NCBI GenBank assembly: GCA_000002445.1
Contig: AE017150.2
Span: forward strand, 768,001 to 832,000
Length of the DNA stretch: 64,000 nt
Direction: 5' to 3'
Source: Trypanosoma brucei
Taxonomy: Eukaryota
Position numbers and translations under genes: made by a program. Below, in pieces: positions 9,988-20,938 of this stretch (its first letter is position 1; the number at the start of each line of letters is the position of its first letter). The notes beneath the pieces are model-generated. The model did not search any database and was not told where the DNA came from. It was given only the letters and a program-made list of their open reading frames with translations.

Positions 9988-12900
9988 TCAAAGTTGCACC
10001 CATTTGGGGTATGGAGTTTTCGTTTGATAATCCCTCACGGAGTCCTTCACCGACTTCACCTTACCCGTCTTCTTGTCCGTCTCCCACATATGGGCAGGAA
10101 GTAAACCTACAGTATTGCGATGCATGGCCACCTCAGGCCTGTTGAATTGCGGCATTGGATGATGTGAACGCACTTCCCAATATGTCCGAATCTTCTGCGC
10201 CTGCTTCCAAGGTGTAACACCATCAACGTACTGAAGTAAGTCACGGACTTCATTCTCAAAATGACGGATGTAACCGTGCGGAGAAGCCTTATAACGCCAG
10301 TAGCGATTTAAAGAGAAGAAGTAACTGGTGCCGATATTATCTTGACGAATCTGCTCAGCTATGAGAGGCTGATCAGCTTCCTGTATGGCAATCCACTCCC
10401 AAGGGGTATAGCGGGGTATGTAACCCATGCGGATATAATCCCGCCGATGAGAAATGCTTAATGGACGATAGTTGTCGGCACGAGCAGAGTCATATCGTGT
10501 CCATTTGTCGATCTCCGTAATTTGCTTCGTTGTGCGGTACTTGTCAGCAACAGTGTCAGCGTTCCGTTTCGGTTCGTACTTGTCAAGGAAGTGCTCCGTA
10601 TTACTTGTTTTCTCATTAAAGGGATCGGTAACGTCGACATAGCGCCGCATGGCCGCTGGATTGTACCGCCGCGACTCGTCACCAACAGTACGCTCGGGAC
10701 CATGGTAACGTCTCTGCCAGATCATCACATCTGAAATGGGAACCTCCATTATAGTGCCATCGCATTGAAACGCCACCTTTACGAGCCGTGGCTCAGGGTT
10801 AAAGAAGGGCTGATGGTGGTACTGAATAATCACCGCACGTTGTGGGCCACCAGCTATGCGTTGCTCAGCTGAACTACTAAAAATGGGACGCCGGGCGCGC
10901 ACTGGGAGCCCCTCCCGTAAGCCATCAGCATGCGTAGCGGGTGACCAGCCTTCCTGTCCGGAGGCGGTTTGTTCCTCCCATATCGAGTCCTGCGTTTCCA
11001 CGTAGTTGCCGCGGTTGTAAGCGTAGTTGGCGATGCCATAGTTGAGAGCGTGGTTGAGATTACGTGGGAAAGCTTCCAGTTCACAGCGATCAAAGTCCTC
11101 ACTGGTCATATCAATTTTTTCTCCCGAATCCAGCTGCACGGTGAGGGGTACGACACGTCTCTCGGAATTCGGGAGCAAGTTATACACCATCCCATCCACC
11201 TTAATAGTGGCGTTGGTTTTCATACGCACAGCCTCTATTTCCTGCTCATATGCTTTGGTCGATACAGTTAGCACTGCCCCTGTTTCTGTGTGTGAAAGGT
11301 CCACAACTGACGTTTCAAGCCCATGAGAAACAACGTGTCCGTACTGCTGGTGATCTGTCAACCAGCGACGCCGTTTCATAGCTCTTTCCCACTCACCCAA
11401 CTGGCGGGAGGTTTGCTCCTTCACATGCTGCTCATACATGGCGCGTTCCTCTGCAGAAAAGTGGCGGAGTACCTCTTGTGGCTGCTCGTGTGGAACAACC
11501 GGTTCCGGCGCCCTCCCAACAACGTGGTTCATAAAACCCCGCCCCACGCGGTTTTGATATGACTCAAGGAGAAGCAGTCGATTCAAGTACCGGCCGCTCA
11601 ACACATGCTCGCGTGTATCTGCAGTACCCATCTCGTCGGCTAGATGGTAGAGATGAAGGTTCACCGAAGCCGAACCTCCCAACACGGCGTTTACCACGGT
11701 AGGCGACGGCAGCATGTACACGCCGAACCAACTGCGCAGCGTCTCGACGCTCACTTTCATCTCGTCATCATTTACGTGCATCTCGCGCTCATCAAAGGGC
11801 GTCCGTTCACAGATTTCGTCCAACCTGTGTCGTCGTGTATCACGTTCCTGCGCAGTCTCATTAGCAACAGGTTCTAGCCCGTGGAGTAGGGCAAGCCTCC
11901 GTCGCTGCTGATGATGTTGCCGATAACGAGTAAACAATTCCCACTCAAGAAACTCAGGCCGTTGCTTCATGAGCGAAAACCCCTCGACATCGCGGTACAT
12001 GCGATTTAGACGCAGCGCTCGAAAGTTGGGAAATGGCTTAAAGTAGTCAAGCGGCCTTTCACCACGTGCGTTACGATGACGGAAGACAAATTCGTCAACG
12101 ATCTGTTGAATAGGAACACCATAATGGATAGTGTTACGCTCTGTTAGATCCTGTTCCCCCTTCGATAGCCGGTCCTCACGACGCATGATGTCAAATTTGT
12201 TTTGAAGAAGATGCCCTACGCCATTTTCAGTGCTCCGCCGTATGTAGGGGTTCCAATGCTCATCGGCAGGCGTCTTCCTATAAGCATTCTGCTGAAATAG
12301 CATAGCGTCCACAATTCTCTCATCGTTTATATGCTTCTTTAGAGTACGTTGATCCGGGCCGCCGTCCTGCACCAACGCCCCATGGCGTCCGAGACCAAAC
12401 CGTTGCGCCCGCTCCTCCTCCCGCTGTTGCTCTGCTGTTGTACGTGAAGCCCGCATGGTGTTAATGATTTGTTCGGTTAGTTGCTCTCCTATGGCAGGTC
12501 GGTCCACCACTGTGTTACGCGCATAGACCTTCTGGGCAACAGCGTCAACTAAAGGCGTGGCTGTAGCGGATGAACCACGCAACGTACGCTGAGCTTCCTC
12601 CATTGAAGATGGAACCACGTTGGGGGGAAGTTGCTGAGCGCCGTAAGGTGTACCTTTCTGCTGTGCAAGGAACCTGTCCATATCATAACCTTGAAAAGGG
12701 ATGCGGACTGTGCGCTGCAGGATAGTGAAATCATGTTTTTCCTTCTCTCGTAGACCGTGGGTAATGAGGAGATTTTCTGCGGTGAAACTGTCGTTAAGAA
12801 TCCTATCCTTGGTACGTTGCGCCTCGTCAAGTGCATCACGGTCCACCCCCGTTGTTAAGGGAAGCGGAGAATGTTGTTCTGCTATGGAGTAACGATCCGC

Positions 12901-13533
12901 CACTGCCTGCTGTTTGAGTGCGCTGCGGCTCGTGCCACCACTGTTATAAAGTTGTTGAATTGGATGAACACTTTCGCTCTCGTGTACGGTGTTGGCAACC
13001 TGGTATTCAGCAGCACGGCTACGAAGCAACTCCTCTCGTTCCTGTGCTGATGCTAGGCTCCGGAGGGAGGCACGGTGTTGAGTAAATTCTTCCCTCATGC
13101 GGTCCACGTCGTGATCCAACCAAACACGTCGGTGTGCAGCTTCTTCATATTCATACGGGCTCTGAATATGGGGATACGCCACCGCACCACCGTTGGCGAA
13201 ATTCCTTGGGGCATACTGCGGGCTGTAACCGCGAGTTACATCTCGGTAATAATCCTTATGAGCCTGTCCACCGAGTGGGTCCACCTCCCCGAAAAGCTCT
13301 CGTTGCATATGGGATGCCCAATCACCGGAAGAAGCGGGATTTTCCCCTGCAGTTGCACCGGGAGATGCGGTGGCATCACCATTCGCATTTTCAGAGCGCC
13401 TGACCGAAGAGAAATTAGAGGGTTTGGAATCACGAATGAATGTGTGAAGTCCCGACTGGTACCGCGCCGCACTGAAGGTCGCCCGTATATTCGGTGCAAG
13501 TCGTGCGCCATCGCATACTCGTCTCCGAATCAT
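9988..13533 (-). CDS. Large conserved hypothetical protein (1181 aa), no recognisable domain
   Basis: 3.5-kb uninterrupted minus-strand ORF with ATG start (CAT 13531-13533). Sequence is complex and non-repetitive. No Walker, kinase or other motifs seen by eye. Confidence 0.7.
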   Translation of the reverse strand: MIRRRVCDGARLAPNIRATFSAARYQSGLHTFIRDSKPSNFSSVRRSENANGDATASPGATAGENPASSGDWASHMQRELFGEVDPLGGQAHKDYYRDVTRGYSPQYAPRNFANGGAVAYPHIQSPYEYEEAAHRRVWLDHDVDRMREEFTQHRASLRSLASAQEREELLRSRAAEYQVANTVHESESVHPIQQLYNSGGTSRSALKQQAVADRYSIAEQHSPLPLTTGVDRDALDEAQRTKDRILNDSFTAENLLITHGLREKEKHDFTILQRTVRIPFQGYDMDRFLAQQKGTPYGAQQLPPNVVPSSMEEAQRTLRGSSATATPLVDAVAQKVYARNTVVDRPAIGEQLTEQIINTMRASRTTAEQQREEERAQRFGLGRHGALVQDGGPDQRTLKKHINDERIVDAMLFQQNAYRKTPADEHWNPYIRRSTENGVGHLLQNKFDIMRREDRLSKGEQDLTERNTIHYGVPIQQIVDEFVFRHRNARGERPLDYFKPFPNFRALRLNRMYRDVEGFSLMKQRPEFLEWELFTRYRQHHQQRRRLALLHGLEPVANETAQERDTRRHRLDEICERTPFDEREMHVNDDEMKVSVETLRSWFGVYMLPSPTVVNAVLGGSASVNLHLYHLADEMGTADTREHVLSGRYLNRLLLLESYQNRVGRGFMNHVVGRAPEPVVPHEQPQEVLRHFSAEERAMYEQHVKEQTSRQLGEWERAMKRRRWLTDHQQYGHVVSHGLETSVVDLSHTETGAVLTVSTKAYEQEIEAVRMKTNATIKVDGMVYNLLPNSERRVVPLTVQLDSGEKIDMTSEDFDRCELEAFPRNLNHALNYGIANYAYNRGNYVETQDSIWEEQTASGQEGWSPATHADGLREGLPVRARRPIFSSSAEQRIAGGPQRAVIIQYHHQPFFNPEPRLVKVAFQCDGTIMEVPISDVMIWQRRYHGPERTVGDESRRYNPAAMRRYVDVTDPFNEKTSNTEHFLDKYEPKRNADTVADKYRTTKQITEIDKWTRYDSARADNYRPLSISHRRDYIRMGYIPRYTPWEWIAIQEADQPLIAEQIRQDNIGTSYFFSLNRYWRYKASPHGYIRHFENEVRDLLQYVDGVTPWKQAQKIRTYWEVRSHHPMPQFNRPEVAMHRNTVGLLPAHMWETDKKTGKVKSVKDSVRDYQTKTPYPKWVQL

Positions 13534-13690
13534 CTCTCGGACCCGTCAGTAACAGTTATGGTTCGCAACCTCTTGAATATTTCTTCCTCTTGTTTTCCTT
13601 TTTCCTTCCCTCCACAATCCTGCCGCTACTTATTTAGCTGTCGACTCCACCAATGCGTTAAACTGCCGTACACAAAAATAAAGGCACACG

Positions 13691-13719
13691 ATAATAATAA
13701 TAATAATAACAATAATAAT
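13691..13719. repeat. (AAT)n microsatellite
   Basis: ataataataataataataacaataataat, read directly. Confidence 0.9.
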
Positions 13720-15310
13720 GGAAATCCTCCTTCTTACCGCTATCCTTCTTCCAAATGCACGAATACCTCCTTCCCCCGTTTTGTACGAGCACAAGTGAGC
13801 GCAATTGCGTTTCTGAGCCGGTTACTACCTTTTCTCTACTTGAACTGCTTCTTTTAACCTGTTGAACCCACTCGTTTTTGACTGCGAAGGGTTGCCCCAG
13901 ACCTTTTGTCCTTTTTTTTAAAAAAACCCTTTCGGGTGTCTAATGTTTCTTTTAAAGTGTCAAGAAAAAAGTCAAAGTACGGCCCAGTCAGCACAAACTC
14001 ACCACCATCTGCAACCGCGTCATTAACAAAAGGAAAAGAAGATTATTTATTTTTTTTTTTTTAGAAGGAGGAGAAGAATACATCTCGTACATGTTACCAA
14101 AAATGATGCATAAATGGAGACGTGGTTTCAGTTTCGAACATAGAAGCAAGTGCATTTGCTCACAAGTTCAAATGACACACGGCAGTGAAGAGCAGGAGAG
14201 TAGAGAACAAATCCTTTTGTTTTATTTTTGTTGAAAAGAGTTTATCACAATTAAATAAAAAAAGACAAAAGGAAAATTGAGAAGGGAGGGATGGAGGGGA
14301 GGTGGAGGAAAAAAAAAAACAGTAAAGAAAGGTGTACAGAGAGAGAACAGTGAGAAAAAGAGAATATATGGTTCTGAAAATATACACAACTAATAGCTGT
14401 GTTCCTTTTCCCCCTCTTCCTCTTCCCTCATTCTATCCATTCCACCCACTTATTCTAACTTCAGCAACTCTTCCTCCTCATCCTCATCATCACCCTCTCT
14501 CGCATTCCACATTCCTTTTTCATTTGTTTCGCCTCCTAAAAGAAAAATGTCCCGATACCTTCCGCTACAGACACATATGCATGTATAAATAAATATACGT
14601 CTTCACGACAAAAATGGTAGAGTCAAATAGCAAAGCAAAAACGCAATGCGTTGCAAGTGTGTGCGATACGAGAGGAGAGGGAAAAAACAAAAAAAAACAC
14701 AGCCGAAAAGATAGGACAAATATATCAAAAATATATGCACAATAGGGTGCGAAGTCCCCCTTCCCTAACACTTCACACACGGGAAAAATGAGGATCCGTA
14801 TTTCCTTCCCTCTTAGGTATTTGTCCACTCATATATCCGTATAAATATATAAATATCCTTCGATATATGTGTCCTTTTTGTTAAGTCCGGTTACGTTCCT
14901 TTTTTTTTTCTCCATCTCTCTCTCTCTTCATCCCCGTGCCCATTCCGCCGATTCTCCACCACATATTCCCTTCTCGTTGACACGCACCTCATTTGTTTCC
15001 TCCACCAATAAGCAAACCAATGCTTTCACTACGCAACAACGCCACATTTGTTTCGCCGTTTATTTGCAGGGGAGAATGACCGCATTCCTACACTCCAAAA
15101 TCCTTCGAACGTCTACAATGGCGCTCCCAATGCCTTAAAGCCTAACGAATATTAACATATGCATACGTAAGTAAACACCCGCACATATCTTTTCAAGTAT
15201 CACAATGTCCTTCAAACAAGCAAATAAAAAAGCAAGTGAAGGAAAGGCGCAACCAACAATTGGGTAAGAGGAGAATCTCCAAATGCGCCCCTCTCTCTCC
15301 CTTCCCCCGC

Positions 15311-15323
15311 CACACACACACAC

Positions 15324-15359
<36 letters not shown>
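15311..15359. repeat. Compound (CA)8(TA)15 microsatellite
   Basis: cacacacacacacacaaatatatatatatatatatatatatatatatat, read directly. Confidence 0.95.
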
Positions 15360-15361
<2 letters not shown>

Positions 15362-15513
15362 TTTACTGTTACGCCCCACTCACCCGCTTACATGCATTTC
15401 TTGCCACTCACATGCAGAATTATTCTGCAATATCATCTGATTCTCAACCCCCAACACAATCTCTCTTTTTTTTTCCCCCTCTCTCTTTTCGTCATCACTG
15501 TCCCCCCCCCCTT

Positions 15514-16188
15514 CTATACACGGCCAACGGCTTGAGAAACCATGTATTGTGTAATTTTCTTTTTGGCGTCCTGGCTACACTTCAGGAAACCAACCATATT
15601 AGATCCTGCAAGCACGGCGCCAAACAGAGCCATCGGAAGTCGTGACAGGGACATTAAGTTAAATAAGACAAGCAGCAACCATATAGCAACATAACCGACA
15701 GTCGTGGCCCAAAAGAACCACTTGTCAAAGGGATGAACGCATTGCTCAACATCGGGGGAACTTTCAAATACCCATTTGGAGGTGCCGTCCTCATGCACTT
15801 CATTCCACCAGCGAAGTGACACAAGGAGGCGACCACTGACATTTTTGGTCGTCCAGAAATCCGCCGCCACGAACAGAATCGTAATGACAAATATCAAAAT
15901 GGGGTTAGAGCTGAAGATACCACCCAGAATGAATGTAAGTAGTGCAACTATCTTGAAAAAGATATGAAAAAATGCTGCAATTGGGTGCACTCCCTTGTAA
16001 ACAGAGTCATTGACAGGTACCTGTTGCACTGGTTGCTGCATCCCTTGCGGTGGCACTTGCTGTTGAGAGCCCATGGGACTGTATTGCACGTAATTACTTG
16101 ATCCAAGTTGCGGCATGAATGGATCCTGCTGGCTTGGGTTATTTGACGGATACGGTTTACCAGCTTGAGGCTGCGAAGGCTCAAGCAT
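15514..16188 (-). CDS. TVP23: Golgi apparatus membrane protein TVP23 (FAM18/DUF846 family) with a Q/P-rich N-terminal extension
   Basis: HPIAAFFHIFFKIVALL ... ADFWTTKNVSGRLLVSLRWWNEVHEDGTSKWVFES aligns with the TVP23 core (HPVASFFHLFF ... [34 protein letters not shown]). Four predicted TM helices. ATG at 16188. Confidence 0.85.
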   Translation of the reverse strand: MLEPSQPQAGKPYPSNNPSQQDPFMPQLGSSNYVQYSPMGSQQQVPPQGMQQPVQQVPVNDSVYKGVHPIAAFFHIFFKIVALLTFILGGIFSSNPILIFVITILFVAADFWTTKNVSGRLLVSLRWWNEVHEDGTSKWVFESSPDVEQCVHPFDKWFFWATTVGYVAIWLLLVLFNLMSLSRLPMALFGAVLAGSNMVGFLKCSQDAKKKITQYMVSQAVGRV

Positions 16189-16975
16189 AACGACTCCACG
16201 TGCCTCTTTTACCTAATGGTAGGCCTGAGAAACTGTTTTGCTGAACTCCTCTGTGATTGTACTTCTATATGATGCAAGAGAAACGCTGCTTACAATATAC
16301 ACAAGGAAGAGTTTCCTCAGCGACCTTTCCTCTTCTCCTCGTTTCAACTCTTCTAAATAAGTGTCGTGCAATGAAAGGCACAGTTATTTGACACTCAAGC
16401 AGGAACCCTCTATTATGAAGAATTAAGGATATGACATTTTCATTAAATGCCGAGAGATTATGGGGGAATAAAAAAAAAAGAGGAGAAAAGGGTGTACACA
16501 ACACAGTAGTGATAGCAGCAGTGGGCAAGATTCCCAATGCGAAAGGGTGAAAAATCATCGTCACAAAGCGACTCGGTACCCAAATAGACGTGCTGATGAA
16601 GTGAAATTAATAATATTTGTATTTCGACCAGCAGTTATTCGAAAACTATAATACAACAGGTATGTGAGCAACCACCGAAAGAAATAAGAAAAAAAAAACA
16701 ACAAACACAACTAATTAAACGAACACACATATCACACCAACACAACCATGTTACCTCCTTCTCAAGCTCTGAATGTCCTTCACTACCACTAACCACAAAA
16801 AAAAATGGTCAGTAGAGGCATCGTAATCACACGTCACATTGGGTAACACAAGTAATCTCACATAAATTCAGCATCCCGCGCATATGTTGCTGTTCCTACA
16901 CAAATATGAGCCATTTCTGTTGTTGTTGTTATTGTTGTTGTTTCTTCGTGGTCGTTAGTTGAAGCACAACTTCGC

Positions 16976-18109
16976 TCATGTGGTTAGTGGTAGTGAAGGA
17001 CATTCAGACTGCTGCTTCTCCTGCTGGTTTATTTCCTCTTCTTCTTCTTCTACCATCATGACTTCACACCCATCTACACTCTCTTCATCACTACCGCATG
17101 TTGCGCCTTCGACGCTACGCCACTCCTTATGGTCTCGACCAAATAAAACCACAGAAAATGCGTTAGAGTCCAAGCCCTCTAACGCAGCCTGAAGTGTACT
17201 GTCGATGCAAACGTCGCCAATAAATACAGGTCCATCGCATATAGGGCAATTCCACGAATTGCTTTGAAGAGATGCGCTAAGGTACGTCAGGAGGTCGAAG
17301 CAAGTTAAATGTGAGCAGTGGTTACCCCGACCCGCAATTTTCATTCGACCGTAACTAAGTGGACAGCGAAGGGTGACAACCGCCTCACCGTCCTGAACGC
17401 CGTTGTCGCCTGCGGTCCCATTTGGAAGGTTGGGCGCATCAGCGCTTTTACGACCATTCCTTCCGCCACTATTATGTGTATTATCGGCCTTATCGTCTAC
17501 CCATCCACTATCCACATCGATATCTGAATCCCCTGCGGCACTCTCAGCAGCACTTGCCGATGAAGAAGCCGAATCCCATTCATTTGCTTTGGCTGGTGTG
17601 GAAAGCGGTTCACGAAGAAGGCGAGCGATGGTGCGGTCAATTATTACTTCAGGTTCTATTACATTACACCATGCGAGGAGGAATGTTGCGGTCCATTTAC
17701 CGCGTCTCACGACAAGAATTTTAAGCTCTGCCTCAGCTGCGATACCGCCATCAGGACCCTTCGGAAGGAATGAAGAAAGTGGCATCCCCGCCAGTGTGCG
17801 GTGACTGGCACTTCGTGATGGGCATCGTGGGAATTCTGAAGTAATGAAGCGGTCATTCACCATGACGGTGAATTCCTGCTGATTTGTCTGAGGCCACCCA
17901 ATCGGTTGCGCAGGATCCCCAAGCTTACAAGGAAATAATACCAAATCCACTCGGTCACTAAAACTTGCTACGTTCCGTGCGGAAGACGGCGGTACGCCAA
18001 CTTTTTGCAGAACTATGCCATCACTGCCACCACTACTCGAAAGATCGAAACGCCTGACAAGGGAAAGTATGGGAAAACAAGGAGATTGCACGGAAATGGG
18101 TGGAAGCAT
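16976..18109 (-). CDS. SP-RING (zf-MIZ) SUMO E3 ligase-like protein
   Basis: LRCPLSYGRMKIAGRGNHCSHLTCFDLLTYLSASLQSNSWNCPICDGPV fits the SP-RING consensus (C-P ... C-x-H-x2-C-F-D ... W-x-C-P-x-C). Acidic/Ser-rich C-terminal region. ATG at 18109. Confidence 0.75.
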   Translation of the reverse strand: MLPPISVQSPCFPILSLVRRFDLSSSGGSDGIVLQKVGVPPSSARNVASFSDRVDLVLFPCKLGDPAQPIGWPQTNQQEFTVMVNDRFITSEFPRCPSRSASHRTLAGMPLSSFLPKGPDGGIAAEAELKILVVRRGKWTATFLLAWCNVIEPEVIIDRTIARLLREPLSTPAKANEWDSASSSASAAESAAGDSDIDVDSGWVDDKADNTHNSGGRNGRKSADAPNLPNGTAGDNGVQDGEAVVTLRCPLSYGRMKIAGRGNHCSHLTCFDLLTYLSASLQSNSWNCPICDGPVFIGDVCIDSTLQAALEGLDSNAFSVVLFGRDHKEWRSVEGATCGSDEESVDGCEVMMVEEEEEEINQQEKQQSECPSLPLTT

Positions 18110-19611
18110 TTCACCACACCACTTACGTTACTTTTCAAACTTCTTACTGGATTCGACTCCCAGCCAGTTCTCGTTGGAAGTTTCAGTCTGTACAACTATT
18201 TATTTATTTATTTTTTCCTTTACTTTTTTTTCCGTTGGTGTGTTTTTTTCCGCACCACCCGCCTGCACCGCAGTAAACTAGAGGACAACACGCCTTGATA
18301 GGTTAAAGTTATTATTACCAAGAAAGGAAGGATAAGAAAAAATAAATAAATAAAAGAAACAAATAAACAAATGAACAAAAGAACCGAGGAACTGAAACAT
18401 CCAACCAAATAGAGTGACAAACCATGTGTTAGAGAGTAAAGTGGGACCCATCAAGGAAGGGACAGTAGTGAAGTGTAAATGAATGTTGTTACATACGCCC
18501 TCATATGGCAACCCTGCCAAAGAAAAAAAAAAGAAACAAAGAGAAAAACGACCTGAAACGGAGCCTGGACCAAAGAAAAAACAAATAAATAAATAAATAG
18601 GTACACACTATTCCTTTGGTAGCCGAACTATAACCCATAATCCGAAAGAATTGGAAACTGTGATGAAATGTGAGACGTGTCGAAAAGGAGGTAAAACAAA
18701 CAAACAAACAAACAACGCGTCCCCACCCTCCAAAAAAAAAAAAGACCACACTCACCAAACGGCCGACTTGTGCATGTATCTTCTATTACTGCTGCACTTA
18801 ACCTGAACTTATGTTCCATCTCAAACCTTTTTCACAACGCTTCTCCGCTCCGCACCATCTCCCAGTCTTTTTCATTCAGACTTTTTTTTTTCTCTCTCTT
18901 CCCCCTCTTCCCCCCTCCTCCCCTTCACAACCCTTCAAACATCCGCTTAAAGTTCCGACCAACCAAAACACAAACACACCTGCTCCACCCATCATCACCA
19001 TCTGATCACACACAAACGTGTATTCAACGATAAGGAAGAAACAATCAAACAAACAAACAAGAAAATAAACACTCGGGGAGGTAGAATCTTTTTCAATGGG
19101 GAAGTTCAAAAAAGGTCTTTGACTGCTCCACACAATAACGCTTATTTTAAAATATATAAAAAAAAAAACTTCGCTCACCGCACCCTGACAGCCATAGAGA
19201 AGTAAGGCGGAAACACAAAACGTACTTCTGCTTGCTTTTTCATACGCCAGTGGAGTTAGTGGGTAGAAAAGTGTTGAGGAAAAAAAGAAAAGTAAAGTAA
19301 AGTAAAGAAAAGTGTGAGGAGTATTAATGGAGGGATAATGAAGAAAGAAATGAATGAAGCGCAATACCAACGCAAACCCCACTCCAGAAATATATAATGG
19401 AGGAGCTGTCATATGCAAATCATTTACACCAGCAACATATGACAACACCACAGCAATTGCCTCTTGACACGCCCCACCACCGAAATGTATATATATATAT
19501 ATATATGCATATATGTTCCCCCTACACACACATACACATACACAGCAAAAAAAAAAAAGGCACATCACTATCACTTTCTCATCGTACATGCTGAAACATT
19601 CAAACCAAGCA

Positions 19612-20013
19612 CTAGCGGCGCTGTTCCTGCCTTCCACGCTGCCTTTGTATGAGTCCCACCATTCCGCAGTACAAAACCTCAAGTGCCTCCTGTTCGCAAT
19701 CGCCTCCGGCATAACGGCATTTCTCCAACTTTCTTCTTTCTTCTCGACATGTGGAAACTTCAGTAGCCGCCTTGAAGACCATCTTCTGTTTTTTTTCGTC
19801 CTCCAAACATCGGCGTGCAACTTCGCGGTACGGCTCACATTTTTTCATTCCGCGTCTGTGGATGCTTTGATCCACCCAACTACCATCACTTGCTTGTGGT
19901 ACAAAGTTTTGAACGCAAGCATCAATGTCATTCACTTCACCGGAACAAAACCGATCTGTCATCAATTTTGTCAGTAAAATTTGAAGGTTTTCATTGGTAG
20001 CCTCAGTCGACAT
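19612..20013 (-). CDS. Twin CHCH-domain protein (four Cx9C motifs; NDUFA8/CHCHD5-like mitochondrial intermembrane-space protein)
   Basis: CSGEVNDIDAC, CEPYREVARRC, CREERRKLEKC and CEQEALEVLYC are each C-x9-C. The track N-terminus (MAKEEEEEKGKKK) starts at a TTG and translates a purine run; the first ATG (MSTEATNENLQ) is at 20013. Confidence 0.6.
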   Translation of the reverse strand: MSTEATNENLQILLTKLMTDRFCSGEVNDIDACVQNFVPQASDGSWVDQSIHRRGMKKCEPYREVARRCLEDEKKQKMVFKAATEVSTCREERRKLEKCRYAGGDCEQEALEVLYCGMVGLIQRQRGRQEQRR

Positions 20014-20874
20014 TCTCAGGGGAATTCGTCTTTCTTTTTTTTTTCCTTTTTCTTCTTCTTCTTCCTTTGCCAAAGTAAATTATTACCCTTATATGCTCCT
20101 TAATTTATATTTTAAAATCTTCTTTTTTTTTCGGCTGTTGTTATTTCTTCAAGTAAGTTTCCACAAACCTGCTCCCTCGACAGTATTTAAAAAAAATAAA
20201 ATAAAAACTGCCATTACGTTAAGTATATATATATACATATAATGAATAAATAAATAAATAAAAGACGAAACGAGTAAGTCACTAAGTGTTAATTCATGCA
20301 GTGAGAACAAATATTGTTGGACTTATATGTTTAAATGATATCAGTCCTGCAAAACAGACGCACACACACACAAAAAAAAAAAGTGCATATAAAAGTTTTT
20401 GTGCAAGTTTGCACACCGCCACTTTGATGTTTTTATTTCTTCTTATTTTGTTGTTGTTGTTGGTGCTGCTATTTGCTTTGGAGCTTAGTTGGCAGCATTT
20501 GTGCACTTTATTGCTTACATTTTTTTTTACTTTGTTTTGTATCGCCCCCCCCCCCTGTGAATTCGTCTGTCCCCCATCTTTTTTTTAATTTAAAAAAAAA
20601 TTAAGTAACGATAATATAATAACAAATAGAAAGTTTATGTTTATTGTAGTTGCTCTTCTACCACTGCGAATGGGCAAATCAACAACTTACTGCTCACGAC
20701 TTCGGGAGTCTGCGACGTGTTAAAGTCACAACAGCAGTTTACCTCCACCCCCTCCCCCCCTTTTTTTTTCTTTTTTAGAGAATGTCGCGAAGAGCGAACA
20801 CACAACAACAAAATTAAAAATAAAAGAAAGCAGGAAAGAAAAAAAAACAAAGAAAGACCAACATAACTACACAT

Positions 20875-20902
20875 TATATATATATATATATATATATATA
20901 TA
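20875..20902. repeat. (TA)n microsatellite
   Basis: tatatatatatatatatatatatata, read directly. Confidence 0.95.
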
Positions 20903-20938
20903 CAACATATTTTTTTTTACACCACTGAAATGCTTCCC

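Noticed and set aside
13075-13857. 260-aa plus-strand ORF, and other long plus-strand ORFs inside genes (41569..42234, 42149..42754, 44492..45046, 45113..45670, 8621..9130)
   Set aside because: All are antisense to strongly supported minus-strand genes (the 1181-aa protein, Spb1, TBC, MRE11). One contains an NNNNNNNN run from the (AAT)n repeat. They are chance open frames.
18876-19838. 320-aa minus-strand ORF in the track
   Set aside because: It translates dinucleotide repeats and purine or pyrimidine tracts (CVCVCVC, YIYIYI, FFFSS). It overlaps the better-supported CHCH gene in another frame and has no ATG-anchored start with a credible product.
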